Assembly (NCBI GenBank): GCA_010909165.1
Contig: MU008154.1
Coordinates: 981,478-1,045,477, forward strand
DNA length: 64,000 nt
Direction: 5' to 3'
From: Anthoceros angustus
Taxonomy: Eukaryota > Plantae > Anthocerotophyta
In this document: positions 45,670 to 58,503 of the stretch, one piece after another
Position numbering within the stretch: position 1 is the first letter of the stretch
How the letters are laid out: each line of letters starts with the position of its first letter
Notes under the pieces: generated by a model
What the model saw: only the letters and a program-made list of their open reading frames with translations
Told to the model about the DNA's origin: nothing
Databases searched by the model: none
Translations under genes and position numbers: made by a program

Positions 45670-48347
45670 CCTCCTTCCACCACCAACCGCAAAGTGCAAA
45701 TCTACAGTCTCCTGAAACCTTGCTGCCGGTAGTATGGGTTTGGAAAAACCCACTAGTGTCAAGCCTTAAGCCCACACAGAACCTTTCTGGTACTGGTCTG
45801 AAAGGCATTGTTTTGTTTGTCTCACCGATGATTGTACTCTCTCGGCTCAGCCCGCTTCCATGTCCAGCTGATATCACCTTCACCAGCCTGCTGTACCACT
45901 CCCCATCACCAACGCCTTTCACTCTCTCCACCTGACCTGAAAGAGACGGTGGGCGTCATGAAAGGGGTGCATCACATGCGCCAGGCATGCCTCCAGATGA
46001 GATGATCCCACAACTGGGCCTAACTCTACCCATTACTACCTTGCCAACTTCCTCTCGCCATGTGCAACTGTGGAATCTGCATCATTCATTCACTGTCTGA
46101 AGTATTTGTACATATTGTTTCTTCAATCGGCTGTTGTCATAGCATTGAACACGAAAGCCTTACCGTTTGTTACCCCAGACTAGAAAAACTGGTTTCGTTT
46201 ATCAGGGAGAAACATTGGCCTTACAACAGGTGGAGGGCTCAATCCGGCCAAAAACCAAAACCAAAACCGTTTACAAATCGTTCAGGACACGGCTCTCCTG
46301 GCTGTAGGTGAGGAGAAAGTGAGAGAGCTGGGTGGTCAGAGTCCATCCCTCCCATAACCCAGCCAGCTCGTAAAGGGTCAGGTCTGTCTGAGAGCGCACC
46401 GCCCATTCCTCGTGTACCCCGCCTCCCTCGTGTAAGACGTTGGGTGGAGGCCATGTGAAGAGAGCCGAGCCCACAGAGGGTACCGATCAGCAGGCACCAG
46501 GCACGCTGGCGGTGCACCCCCCATGTCGTCCAAAAGGTGGCAGAATGGACATTTCAATTTCCAGCATTTCAAATCAGGATGCACTTTCCATTTCACCTAA
46601 ACCACCACAGAGCTGCGGTTGGTGAGACATTTGTGTACTACAAAACCAACAATGGCCTGCATCTCCTCAACGGTCTCCTGGAAAGGTGGCACCAGATGCT
46701 GCTGTTGCTGTTGCTGTTGTCGTTGCCGTTGCAATTATCTGGCTCCTCAGTCCTCATTACAACGGAGTATGGACCATGGTTGCGTGACCCATCATTGTTC
46801 CAGATCATCCATCGCCCTGAGTACAGGTTCTCATTTCTAAATGCTTTGATGTGGCATAGGAGCAGCCATCCCTCCCGCTCGGACTAAACTCTGTGGTTGG
46901 GCTGCCACCATGGGGACACACCAGCTAATCCATGGCAAGATATCTCACATGAGAACTCTGCTATCTCCACATGCTTCCAGACGTCAGGAATGCAGCTCGC
47001 CCAGAACATTGCAGTACTGCAGCATCAGATCCAGCAGCAAAACACAGTTGCATCCCTGCGCTTCTTCGGCCAAACCTTGGAGGTCATGTATGTACGTATG
47101 TACATACATATCTCCTTTATGCACATTCATACAAAGGCTTACGACAGGCCAAGCCTTGGGTTTGTGAGCTGTGATTCTGTGATCCTAATTCTGACATAAG
47201 CTCTGTGATTTCCAACTCCTAAATCATAGCCAGACTTGGCGCTCCGTTTAGGGCGCCCAAACATGACATGAGATAACGCCTCTTGCACATATGTAGACAA
47301 GACTGCCACATGCGTGGGAAGTGACTTCGGAGTCATCAGCCAGTGCCGGCATGACCCTACTGGCGGAGAGCCCGCCATTGGAGCTTATCTGAGACTGCCC
47401 ACCAACTAAGAATTTGATCATCTCCGGATCCTGATCCTCTGTGATCATCCAATAGATAAAGACTAAGAGCAGAATTCCTGCTGCACACCAGCTGCTGGAT
47501 GAGGAGCTTCGGCCCCGTCGCCATCCAGCTTCCTGCAGCAGGTGCTCCCTCAGATGGTCCCAGAGCTGAGCTGCCTTGAGGTGAAGAGCAGGCCGGCACA
47601 CCTTGCTTAGCCAGCTTAGCCGCAAGCTCGCTGGCAGATTAGCATTCTTGAGCCCGTGCTGAATGGAAGGATGAATGTGCAGCGGAGCACATAGGGAGAC
47701 GCGTGCCATACCATTCTGCATTGAATTTCTGTGTTCCGGTGTTGGTACAATCAGCCGTGGGGGCGTTGCGGAGGGCTGTGAGTGGCTGGAATTGTGTAGA
47801 ATACTTTGAGCTAATGATGGAGAGTTTGAGAAGAAGAGTACTCTTCTCACCGCCACCAGGTGATGGTCGACTCTATGTCTGAGAGACTGAGGTGCTAGAA
47901 AAAATGCCCCGACTGTTGGTATAAATGGACTGATCGTCACCATCCCATTCCATTCAAGCTTTCCGGCTTCTGTGGCACTTTTCTGCCCAACATCCGCTCA
48001 TGCTGATCAGACCCAGCCTGCATCTCTGGATTGCGATTTGCTATCTATCAGCATTTGTTGCTTTTCTCTCTTCAGAGTTGCACTGTGCCTGCAGTTCTGA
48101 AGAATGAGCCAGTCCAAGTTTTTGTTGGCACGTTTGGTCGTGGCCTGCGTCTGAGGGGACGATGTGGAAGCGTCTGCAGCTGCTCCGAATTCAGCCTGCT
48201 AAGGAGACGGAAATTGCCTGCTCGTGTATGTGTGCTATCACAGGTTCGGATGCTGGAGACCGACAGGACAGATAGCAGGCCAGGCCTTCTTCGGATTGAT
48301 TGAACGCCCAGAGCTGCTCAAACGTCGGGCGGGCAACAGTCCTGAAT

Positions 48348-50777
48348 ATGGCGAGTGCGGCGAAGGAGATTCAAGAGTCGGAGGATGGGTCCCTGGATTA
48401 CTGGGGTCGAGTGCCTGATAAAAGACGAACTGGACGATGGAAATCTGCTCCGTTCATCTTCGGTATGCAGCAATGTTGCTGTCTGTGTGTGAAATGCTTG
48501 GAGTTTTGTTACGCGGTCATGACTGATGAACAGGTCCTTCTTGCTTGTGTGATGGGACATTCTTGCTTCATTCTTGATTTCTGTCGTGAGGCTTTGACGA
48601 CCATTGCATTAGAGCTCTGCTCTGCTACACAAGCACTACAAGAAGACCGGTATATCTGAAGTAGCCAAGCTGACGGGTTGAAGTTTTGTTCGAGTGCCAG
48701 TGATTGAAACAGTGGAGAGAATGTCTACACTGGGAATTGCTGTGAATCTGGTGACATACCTGGGGAACAACATGCACCTGGCGGTTTCAGAATCCGCCAA
48801 CATTGTGACAAACTTTCTGGGAACCTCCTTCATGTGCTGCCTGATAGGAGGCTTTGTGGCTGACACCTACCTGGGCCGTTACCGCACAATCGTAGTCTCA
48901 GCGATCATCCAGTGCTCGGTAAGGCGTACAGGCCATGCGTGATCATCAATGTTGCCTCACATGAAAGAACGTGTGCAGATTGCGTTGCTCACCTTCAGTA
49001 CGCGTTTTTTGCATTTCACAGGGTATGATTCTTCTCACACTGTCAGCCACACTGCCAGCATTGAGACCGCCCAGTTGCACTCCAACTCTCTGTAAGCCTG
49101 CTCACGGGGTGGTGTTGACAAGTTTCTTCGCCGCCCTTTACCTCATGGCCCTTGGTACTGGTGGAATCAAATCCAATGTCTCTGCTTTCGGCGCCGACCA
49201 GTTCGATGATAAAGACCCTTACGAGAAAAGGCAGCTTGTCTACTACTTCAATGGTTTCTTCTGCTTCATCTCTGTTGGGTCCATGCTGGCCATGACTCTC
49301 TCCGTGCTTCTCCAGGTAAAACGTCTTACCAAGATGTACAATGCGCCTTGCTCATAGAAGTTCCAGATTGGGAGGAGAAGGGTCACATCATGAGCATGGG
49401 ATCTTCTCATCTTGGGCTGCCGCAGGAGCAATATGGGCGAGGGTGGGGCTATGGAGTCTCGGCGGCAGCCATGCTTTTAGCCATCACCTTATTCCTTGCA
49501 GGGTCTCTGTTGTTCCGGTTCAAAGCCCCAAAGGGCAGTCCTGTTGTTCAAGTTCTCAGAGTGCTGGTTGCAGCTGTGAGAAACCGCAACCTGGAATTGC
49601 CATCCGATCCTATCAAGCTGTATGAGACAAGTTTCAAAGTAGGAGACCCAAAAGCAAAGCAAAAGATCAGCCACACCAACCAATTCAGGTAACTGGCATT
49701 CACTCACCTTGCCAACCCAAGTGGCTCCATACCATGCATTCAAAGCCTCCAGTACTGACATCACGCCCATACGTGTTGGTGGAGATTTTTGGACAAGGCA
49801 GCAATAATTGTGCCGCAGGACCCTGAATCAGGCAAAGATTGGAGCCCATGGAAGCTTTGCACGATGACAGAGGTGGAGGAGATCAAAGTGATGATCAGGC
49901 TGCTCCCCATCTGGGCAACCACCATCCTCTTCTACACTGCATACGCACAGCAGCAGACATTCTCAGTGAAGCAGGGCACCACCATGGATCGCAGCCTGGG
50001 CAGCATCCAAATCCCTGCAGCCTCCATGGGAGCCTTCCTACAAGGAGGCATCATCGTGACTGTGGCGTCATATGACAAATTCGTCATCCCTCTGGTAACC
50101 AACATCCCCAGCAGCGTGCTCCCTTCCCCCTCACTTCCCCCACCTGCGCAAACATCACACTCACACGTCCATCCTTCCTTGTGCAGGGAAGGAAGATCAC
50201 CAAAACAGAAAAAGGCATCACCTCACTGCAACGAATCGCAATCGGGCTCCTCCTGGCCGTGATCGGCATGGCAGTTGCAGCCTTGGTGGAGATCCAACGC
50301 CAGAACGTAGCCCAGTCCCACGGACTCACAGCAGCCACCATCTCAGGCGGCACCCAAACCGTCCCCATGAGCATCTTCTGGCTCATCCTCCAGTTCCTCA
50401 TTGTGGGCATCGGACAGGGTTTCATCTACGTCGGGCAGCTGGACTTCTTCTACAACGAAGCCCCTGCCTCCATGAAAAGCATGGCAGCCGGGCTGTTCCT
50501 CAGCACCATCTCCCTTGGCTTCTTCAGCAGCACTCTCCTGGTGGGCGCCGTGAAGAAGGCCACCCGAAGCCCAAGCAAACCCAATGGCTGGCTGGATAAC
50601 AATCTCAACGACTCCCGCCTGTACGATTTCTACTGGCTCCTCTCCGTGATCATCTTCGTCAACACCCTCGTCTACCTGCTGTGTGCCAAGTGGTACGTGT
50701 ACAAAGTGCCCGTGGCAGATGACTCTCCTCAACACCAACATCAACAAGTGGAGCTTCAAACAGCAATCGTGGAGTAA
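48348..50777 (+). CDS. NPF6: NPF (NRT1/PTR) transporter, NRT1.1/NPF6-like #2; exons 48348-48462, 48701-48918, 49022-49315, 49426-49688, 49785-50094, 50187-50777
   Basis: IETVERMSTLGIAVNLVTYL..NIVTNFLGTSFMCCLIGGFVADTYLGRYRTI closely follows NRT1.1. Also GTGGIKSNVSAFGADQFD, FLDKAA, GQLDFFYNEAPASMKSM. Confidence 0.95.
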
Positions 50778-50795
50778 GAGCAGTGGACAGAAAGA

Positions 50796-50967
50796 TGTTC
50801 ACTCAGATTAGAGAAGCACGAAGGTGGAGGAATTCAGCGAAGTGTTACATTTTAGCTGCTCCCCTCATCAATTAGCATGCTGTTCACTTAGATTAGAGAA
50901 GCACGAAGATGGAGGAATTCAGCAAAGTGTTAGATTTGAGCTCTTCCCCTCTATCAATTAGCATGCA
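50796..50967. repeat. ~85-bp imperfect tandem duplication in the NPF 3' region
   Basis: TGTTCACT(C/T)AGATTAGAGAAGCACGAAG..ATCAATTAGCATGC occurs twice. Confidence 0.85.
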
Positions 50968-51425
50968 ACATATCACAAGCAGATAGAAGATGTGTTCGCT
51001 GAATGAAGGAGACTAGAACACAGCAGATCTGTGACATTGTGTTCTCCTTGTCCATGCATGTCAAAAATTCAACAGCAATAGAAACGGACATGTCTTTCAC
51101 CCTTCCACATACTATATCACTATTACACGCTAATAACGCTTACGGGATGTGTTTGTGATTAGTCGCCCCTAAGCTCGATGGGCTCCCTGTGGTATGAGGC
51201 ATTTTTGCGTGAGACCACCATTTCTGGAAGAAAAAGTTGCACGCTTCACATGAAGACAAGACGCAGGAATAGCAGCAGCTTTGCAGGCGCCTGGAGCCTG
51301 GGAAGCATGTGATGCAGTGGCTGGCCCCAGATCGGGTGTGGGGATTGCTTGAGGCTAGGGCAGAGGAGGAGGTGGAGGCGGAGGTGGAGCAGAGGCAGGG
51401 GCGGAGTGATTCGAGCTTAGGCGGC

Positions 51426-52664
51426 ATGAATTCGAGGAGGAGCTCGACGGTGGCGCCTGGGAGCCCCGGTGGGGCATCGGGGCAGGGAGTGGAGCCGTTC
51501 CTGCTGGTCCAGGTGACTGATCCGGTGAAGCTTGGGAATGGCGTGCAGGCGTATGTGTCCTACAAAGTGAGCTCCAAGACGAACATGCAGGAGTACCGGG
51601 GGCCGGAGAAGATTGTGATCCGAAGGTACAGCGATTTCGTCTGGCTGCACGAGCGGCTGCTGGAGAAGTACAAGGGATTGATCATACCGCCTCTGCCGGA
51701 GAAGAGCGCGGTGGAGAAGTTCCGCTTCAGCTCGGAGTTCATCGAGATGAGGAGGAAGGCCCTGGATGTGTATGCTAACCGGATTGCGGCGCATCCGCTG
51801 CTGCGGGCCAGCGAGGATCTGAGGAATTTCCTGCAGGCGGATGAGGAGATCTGGAGCATGGAGAGGGCCAAGACTCAGGACGGCGTGTTCAAGAGGAAGC
51901 CGAGCGAGTTCATGCAGATGTTTAAGGATGTGCAGAGTAAGGTGAGCGATGTGGTGCTGGGGAAGGAGAAGCCTGTGGAGGAGCTGGATCCGGATAATGA
52001 GAAGTGGAAGCGCTACGTGGCGGAGCTGGAGGAGCACATGGCTGAGGTGCAGAAGCAATCTTTCCGGCTGGTGAAGAGGTTGAAGGACAGCGGGGTGGCT
52101 CTGGAGGGGTTTGGGAAGTCCTCTAAAGGCCTCGGGGCTTGCGAGGAGCAACCTCTGGGCAAGGCTTTCCAGGAGCTGGGGAGCCGAGCCGAGCAGGTTT
52201 CCTACAAGCTGCAGCAGCAGGCACAGGACGTGCTAATGAATTTTGAGGAGCCGTTGAAGGAGTTGGTGAGAACCATTCAGGCCAGTAAGGTCGTGTTGGC
52301 GGACAGAGCTCTGGCTTACAAGACGTACAGGGAACTGGCTGATGCTTGCAAGCTCAAGGAACTCAACTTGGAGAAGCTTAGGGTGCTCCGGGCAGACAAG
52401 GTACACGATGCTGAGATTGATCTGAGGGAGATGGTCATTCAATGTGATGAAGCGAAGGCACGCTATGATTCTATTGTAAGATTAATGGCGCAGGAAATTG
52501 TTAGGTTTCAGGAATCCAAGACGAGAGATCTAGGGTTGGTCCTTCATGACTTTGCTCAAGAACAGGCTGCTTTTCATATTGAGTTGGCCAATATTTGGCG
52601 TAGTCTTCTGCCTACATTGAGTGTGAATGGCACTGCTGACAGTAAAGCCCCTGTTTCCACCTAG
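51426..52664 (+). CDS. SNX1: Sorting nexin 1 (PX + BAR), 412 aa, intronless
   Basis: VTDPVKLGNGVQAYVSY, GPEKIVIRRYSDFVWL, PPLPEKSAVEKFRFSSEFIEMRR, FKDVQSKVSDVVLGKEKPVEE and LMNFEEPLK match plant SNX1. Confidence 0.96.
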   Translation: MNSRRSSTVAPGSPGGASGQGVEPFLLVQVTDPVKLGNGVQAYVSYKVSSKTNMQEYRGPEKIVIRRYSDFVWLHERLLEKYKGLIIPPLPEKSAVEKFRFSSEFIEMRRKALDVYANRIAAHPLLRASEDLRNFLQADEEIWSMERAKTQDGVFKRKPSEFMQMFKDVQSKVSDVVLGKEKPVEELDPDNEKWKRYVAELEEHMAEVQKQSFRLVKRLKDSGVALEGFGKSSKGLGACEEQPLGKAFQELGSRAEQVSYKLQQQAQDVLMNFEEPLKELVRTIQASKVVLADRALAYKTYRELADACKLKELNLEKLRVLRADKVHDAEIDLREMVIQCDEAKARYDSIVRLMAQEIVRFQESKTRDLGLVLHDFAQEQAAFHIELANIWRSLLPTLSVNGTADSKAPVST

Positions 52665-53377
52665 TCCTTCATTTGGATTGCCATTGGTGACTGCTTCGCT
52701 TGTTCAGAACTGGTCACCTACTGTTTGCCAATCACACGCAGCACACACCGGCATTTGTGGTCGAACCTGGGAACCTGTTGTAACCGGTTCACTTTGGAGC
52801 CTGTTGTAATAGGTTCAATTTGAATCGTGCTGTAAGTTCTGGAAAACCTCTCCCGGCCGCTACACATATATTGGTGGTCAGAGGATCTGAAGAACTGGCG
52901 ACCACGCCATCTTCTCCAAGCACCTTTCACAATTCACAACCGGATCACTGCGCCGTGATGCGATGCGTAAAGATCGGGCCGATACCTAGATATACCATTC
53001 TGTAATCCCAGAACGACGGTGTGTTGTGGGGCATTTTTTGAGCGAAAATTCCCCGAAAATTAGTTTTGGTTTTTTAACCTACCCTCGATCTTAATGATTT
53101 AAGATGGGCACGTCAACACTGTGATTAGGGTGCTTTAGGGCACGTCACTCGACCCCGTGGTCCCCATTGGTTGTCCCCTCTGGATGGGTTTTTCCCATCG
53201 GCTTTTCACCTCAATAAAAACCCATCTTTTAGGGCACGTCACATTATGGCAATGAGTTTAGTGTAAAACGACTCTAAACTTATGAACATAAAAGGTTTCA
53301 GCCGTCTTGCCCTAAAGCCACAAGCCACGCCGTGGAGCCATGAGGGCATCACGGCGACTTAGGGCATAGGGGTCATA

Positions 53378-53830
53378 GGGGCATGGGGCATGGGGCATGG
53401 GGCATGGGGCATGGGGCATGGGGCATGGGGCATGGGGCATGGGGCATGGGGCATGGGGCATGGGGCATGGGGCATGGGGCATGGGGCATGGGGCATGGGG
53501 CATGGGGCATGGGGCATGGGGCATGGGGCATGGGGCATGGGGCATGGGGCATGGGGCATGGGGCATGGGGCATGGGGCATGGGGCATGGGGCATGGGGCA
53601 TGGGGCATGGGGCATGGGGCATGGGGCATGGGGCATGGGGCATGGGGCATGGGGCATGGGGCATGGGGCATGGGGCATGGGGCATGGGGCATGGGGCATG
53701 GGGCATGGGGCATGGGGCATGGGGCATGGGCATGGGGCATGGGGCATGGGGCATGGGGCATGGGCATGGGGCATGGGGCATGGGGCATGGGGCATGGGGC
53801 ATGGGGCATGGGGCATGGGGCATGGGGCAT
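53378..53830. repeat. (GGGGCAT)n heptamer satellite, ~65 units
   Basis: Near-perfect array with two GGGCAT variants near 53728 and 53762. Confidence 0.97.
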
Positions 53831-54174
53831 CATCCTTGGATGGGAAGTTTTAGATGCATCACCCAAGGGTTTTTGAAGTATCCCTTTGCGCTTTCTCACT
53901 CCCCAAGCACTTAATCCAAAACAAAACAAGGCCTGTCCAAAGCTTATTCCCTCACTTTCAAGTGCCGGGGTCATAGGCAGGTTGCGTCAAATGATACTTG
54001 TCAAGGACAAGTTCTTCCTTCGGCTCCTTCGAGTAGGGAGGTATAGGCCCTCCGACTTCCGACATAAATACCTAAGATCTCACCCTTGTTTCCTAATGGC
54101 TTGTCCAATCTAAGATGTTTGTCCAATCTAAGATCGGAGGGCTTGAGGGCGCCTGTCTACACGTGCTCCCGAAT

Positions 54175-55007
54175 AATGAGCCTCTTGCTTTATGCGGCGC
54201 GCGTCCGCATTGAGTCCTATCATGGCGCGGCGCCCGCATTGAGTCTATCATGGCGCAAGGCCGCATTGAGTCTCTATCGCGGCGCGGCGCGGCGCATTGA
54301 GTCCTATCATGGCGCGCCCGTGATTGAGTTCTATCATGGCGCGGCCCGTGATGAGTCTCATCATGGCGCGGCCCGCATTGAGTTCTACGCTGGCGCGGCC
54401 TCGCATTGAGTTCTACCGCTGGCGGCGCCCGCATTGAGTCTATCATGGCGCGCGCCCGTGATTGAGTCTCTATCGCGGCGCGCGCATTGAGTCTTGCTTT
54501 GCGCGGCGCCCGTGATTGAGTCTTACCGCGGCGGCCCGTATTGAGTCTACGCTGGCGCGTCCGCATTGAGTCCTCTTATCATGGCGCGCGGCCCGCATTG
54601 AGTCTCTTGCTTTATGCGGCGCCCGCATTGAGTCTCATCATGGCGGCGCCGCATTGAGTCTTACGCGGCGCGGCCCGTGATTGAGTCTTACCGCGGCGCG
54701 CGCGCCCGTATTGAGTCTACGCGGCGCGGCCGCATTGAGTCTTTATGCGGCGCGCCCGCATTGAGTCTCTATCGCGGCGCGGCGCGGCCCGCATTGAGTC
54801 TCTTGCTGGCGGCGCCCGTGATTGAGTCTATCATGGCGGCGGCCGCATTGAGTCTCATCATGGCGCGCATTGAGTCTATCATGGCGCGGCGCATTGAGTC
54901 CTATCATGGCGCGCGGCCCGCATTGAGTCCTATCATGGCGCGGCGGCGCGCCCGCATTGAGTCTCGTAAGGGCCCTAATGCTTTATGCGGCGCCCGTGAC
55001 GAGTCTC
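54175..55007. repeat. GC-rich minisatellite with a constant (GC/TG)ATTGAGTC core, ~30 units of ~20-35 bp
   Basis: Variants of CCCGCATTGAGTCCTATCATGGCGCGG in tandem. One further unit at ~59240-59255. Confidence 0.9.
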
Positions 55008-55869
55008 AGACATGTGTGAGAAGAATTTTATTGAAGTTCACTAAGGACGGATTTCCGTCATGGACTTGGTACTTCACAACGTGTACCATAGTGTGCCTAA
55101 GGCTTGCAAATGGATACCCGATGGCCATTAAGGCCGGCACGTGTGTCCGCACGGCCCTCCACGGCCACGACATGTACCTATGTATGTGCTTGCCCATCAC
55201 CATGCTATGGTGAGTCATGCATAATCCGAACCGGTGGCCAAAGTTTTGACGCCTGCGCGCTACATACCACCAACACGGGACATGAGAAAGCCGCCGTCCC
55301 TACCCGCTACACGTTACTAATAATACTTGTTTAAGGCTCCAAAGTGCACCTCGCTCACAAGCTTATGGTATGTGAACTCCGTCATTTGCATAGCGTGAGA
55401 TGCGAGTTTAGAGCGGCATGTTCAATCTTTGCTTTCAAGCGCTCTTGTGATTAGGGATAGGGATTTTGGTTAAAGGTTGAGATTAGGGTTAGGGTTAGGT
55501 TTTTCTCTTTGGGATAGGGAATGTGATTTAATAATAATATGGATTTGAGTTCTTGTATTAACTTAGAAGAGTTACCAACTAACACACCTTTTGTGGTGCG
55601 CTTCCTAAATTAGGGTTATTTAACCATACCGACCTAAACCGGGTTTCTTCTCAATATGACCATTCTAGGGCACCGGCGGCAAAAAACATGTGAAGGTGGC
55701 TCACATACTCTTTTCTAGAGTGGGAGACTTTATTGGGGAATGAGTGCTATAAGTTCCCATCCTACGAACTTCTACAAGAAGGATTCTAAGGGGCCGGAGT
55801 TTACCTCCCTCAAAAGATGATGCATACATGCATCATATGTTAGGTAAGAAGGTTTGAAGTATGTAAATT

Positions 55870-57700
55870 GTTTTATTACTTAGGAGGCATTAACATTGTG
55901 AGGTGGCTTGCGGTATTGGTGTTCTTACTACCGGAAGACTTTCGCCAAAAGGAGGTGGGAGTGTCACGTGGTGCTAATACTAAATGTAAGGTCCTCCGTG
56001 GAGAGAGTGTCAAGCATGGTTGCCAAGCAAATTTTAGGGTGAAGAAACTTCTCGTGGCCTAAGGTTCGAGATTGGTCTTTTGAACATAGGCATACCGACC
56101 TTTCAAATGCTATATGTCATGGGCTGCAAGGCTTACCCGTGATGTCGAGCGCATGGCTTTCACAAGAAAAGAAGGATTGGATCGGGCATTGCCTATATTG
56201 CAAAGTTCTGATGAAATAATGCGTCGGCATCAAGATGCATTGTATGCTCGAATCAACAATCGAGAGGTATATAAACTAGTAAGAGATGATTATATGCAAA
56301 GATATGATGTTCTCAATATACACAAGTTGAAGTTGGTGAATGGAAGCTAGCCGGATGATGCCACATCGTTGTCCCCGTGGTTGGAGCAAAATGCGTCTAT
56401 AGTCTTCCACCAATCAAGCGAGAATCAACCTTTCGCTTTGGGTATTCAAACTCCTTTTATGTTAAATTGCATGTTGCTTTATGGGAATGGTAATGTGCTA
56501 GCTATGGATGCAACTTTTGGGTTGAGCAGTATCGCTACCACTTATTCACCGTGATGGGTTTTGACCATTACTTGAGCGGTGTTCGAGCATGGGCTATTAC
56601 AAAAGATGCTACTCGAGTCACTTGTCGTGGCTTTCAGTTCTGGAAGAAGGTTGAAAAGATCAACAAGGATTGGACACCTAGTTCATTCCTTGTTGATGAT
56701 TATCGGAGATTTACGCTATTCGCTGGTGGAATCATAATATGCCTATATTATTATGCTTGTGGCATGCGGAAAGCGTGGAGACGGAATTTATTGAAGAAAG
56801 TGCACTCACAAAGTAATCGAATTTCAATATGGGCGAGCTAGGGATATTATGTATGTCAGGCAAGCACATCTTCACGGTGTTTCCATAGGAAGAAGTATGC
56901 TACACAATTTTTATGACAAGTGGGGAACAAGTGAAGGAGACTTTGTGAGATATATGAAGGTCCAATGGGAGAGACTATAGATATGTGGTTGTGTAATGCT
57001 AGAATGTTGCCTCATGCGGGCAACATACAACTTCAGTGGAAGGATTCCATAGATTTATAAAAGAACGCGATTTAGCAAGTCAAGTTTGCTGGCCAGTAGA
57101 CTGGTTACTACACCAATTAGTGAATGTGGTTGCCCGACATTATTGGTACCAAGACTTCACAAGAAGGGGATACAGCATAACAAGAAGCTGGAGGCTTTGG
57201 AGGAAACCGCTATGAAGGGTGCGAAACTATTCCTATTAGCTCGCTTATTTTACCGCATGCAAAATGTTGTTGCACATTGTTTGTCTTCATCGACCCCTAA
57301 CTTGTGGTATGTGATTGAACATGTTTACTCTCCTTGGGCTACATGCTCATGTCCAATGGGGAACAAAGGTTTCATCTGCAAGCATGTGGTGAAAGTTCAA
57401 CAACTCCTTGGCATACACAAGGATGGTGCAGCAGCAGCTAGGCAAAATGGAAGAACAAATGGAGCGTATGTTGCTGAAAGTAGTGATACCAACAACTTGG
57501 CTATGGCTTTTGGGATGCAGAATCAAGAAGCTCCACACATTGTGTTACCTAGTAACCCCTTGGTGGCACCAATATGTAAGACAAAATTGGAGATGGCAAA
57601 AGAAAAACGGTTGGATTTTATTAAAACGGCATGTGCTGAAGTATGTGATACCGCATTTGAGCGTTGATTTAGCTTTTGGGATAGCGCATTATGGAGCAAA
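55870..57700 (+). pseudogene. Frameshifted MULE transposase (DNA-binding region, DDE domain, SWIM finger)
   Basis: SVKHGCQANFRVKK, FALGIQTPFM..LAMDATFG, PSSFLVDD, KAWRRNL, EGFH, and SWIM CSCPMGNKGFICKHV, in shifting frames. Confidence 0.88.
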
Positions 57701-58288
57701 CTCAGCGAGCAGTTAGTGGCACAGTGACGAAGAACCTCAACGGAAACAAGTGTTGGAAACTTTTGCGAGAATGAGGGCACGAATGATCAAACGATATGTT
57801 GGTTTGGAGGAAGTTGTGTGTAAGAAGAAAAGACGGTGAAGTGGAACATAGGCGTTGATAAAGGGTGGATTGATGAGCTGAAATAGGCTTTGGTTTTAGA
57901 AGTGACCAATCTACTTTTGTAGGGTCTTTGAGGAGATAGCAGATAACACTCTTTGATCGGGTCAATTACGCTGCCTTAGAAGGTCAGAATCCACTCTTCT
58001 GGTTTTAGAAGGTGAGAATTCGGCTCAATGCCAGCAGCATGCACTATGTACAGCAACTCCTCCAAACCCGGTGAGGAAACTTAAGCACTAAAGCCTGTTG
58101 TAAGAGGTGCCCATTCCCTACCACCACCGATCATGTCGATCGAACATGCTTCGCAGAAGCATCAGCATGACGTTGATTCACGGTGACTCCCCGGTGCATT
58201 GTTCCCAAAATGCCCATGTCCAACAAAGGTGAGCTGGGCGCATTCAGAGGGTCATAGCTTAAGAAGAGATAATTTGTCCGTATTGCAT

Positions 58289-58503
58289 CACATGTGAGCC
58301 AGATCTGTAAGTGTTGTCATTCGAGGTCCTCTCCTTCACCTATCACAGAAGAGGAACATCAACCAGGAGATGAACACAAATAAGTCCTGCAATTGAAACA
58401 TGTGAGCCAAATCTGTAAGTGTTGTCATTCGAGGTCCTCTTCTTCACATCACGGAAGAGGAACATCAACAAGGAGATGAACACAAATGAGTCCTGCAATT
58501 GAA
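58289..58503. repeat. ~109-bp tandem duplication inside the MULE
   Basis: ACATGTGAGCCA(G/A)ATCTGTAAGTGTTGTC..GTCCTGCAATTGAA occurs twice. Confidence 0.85.

Noticed and set aside
46300-47950. Possible F-box/LRR-like pseudogene fragments between the NPF genes (and similar at 35800-36350)
   Set aside because: Only faint Leu-periodic fragments. Cannot be supported without a profile search.
53312-53974. ORFs MPHAPCP.../MGHGAWG... in all six frames
   Set aside because: Artefact of a stop-free 7-bp satellite.
54175-55007. CRISPR-like look of a constant ATTGAGTC core with variable intervening sequence
   Set aside because: The intervening parts are variants of each other rather than unique spacers, the context is eukaryotic and there are no cas genes. 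It is a minisatellite.
55450-55500. TTAGGG runs as an interstitial telomere
   Set aside because: Only 2-3 degenerate units inside the MULE, more like telo-box promoter motifs.
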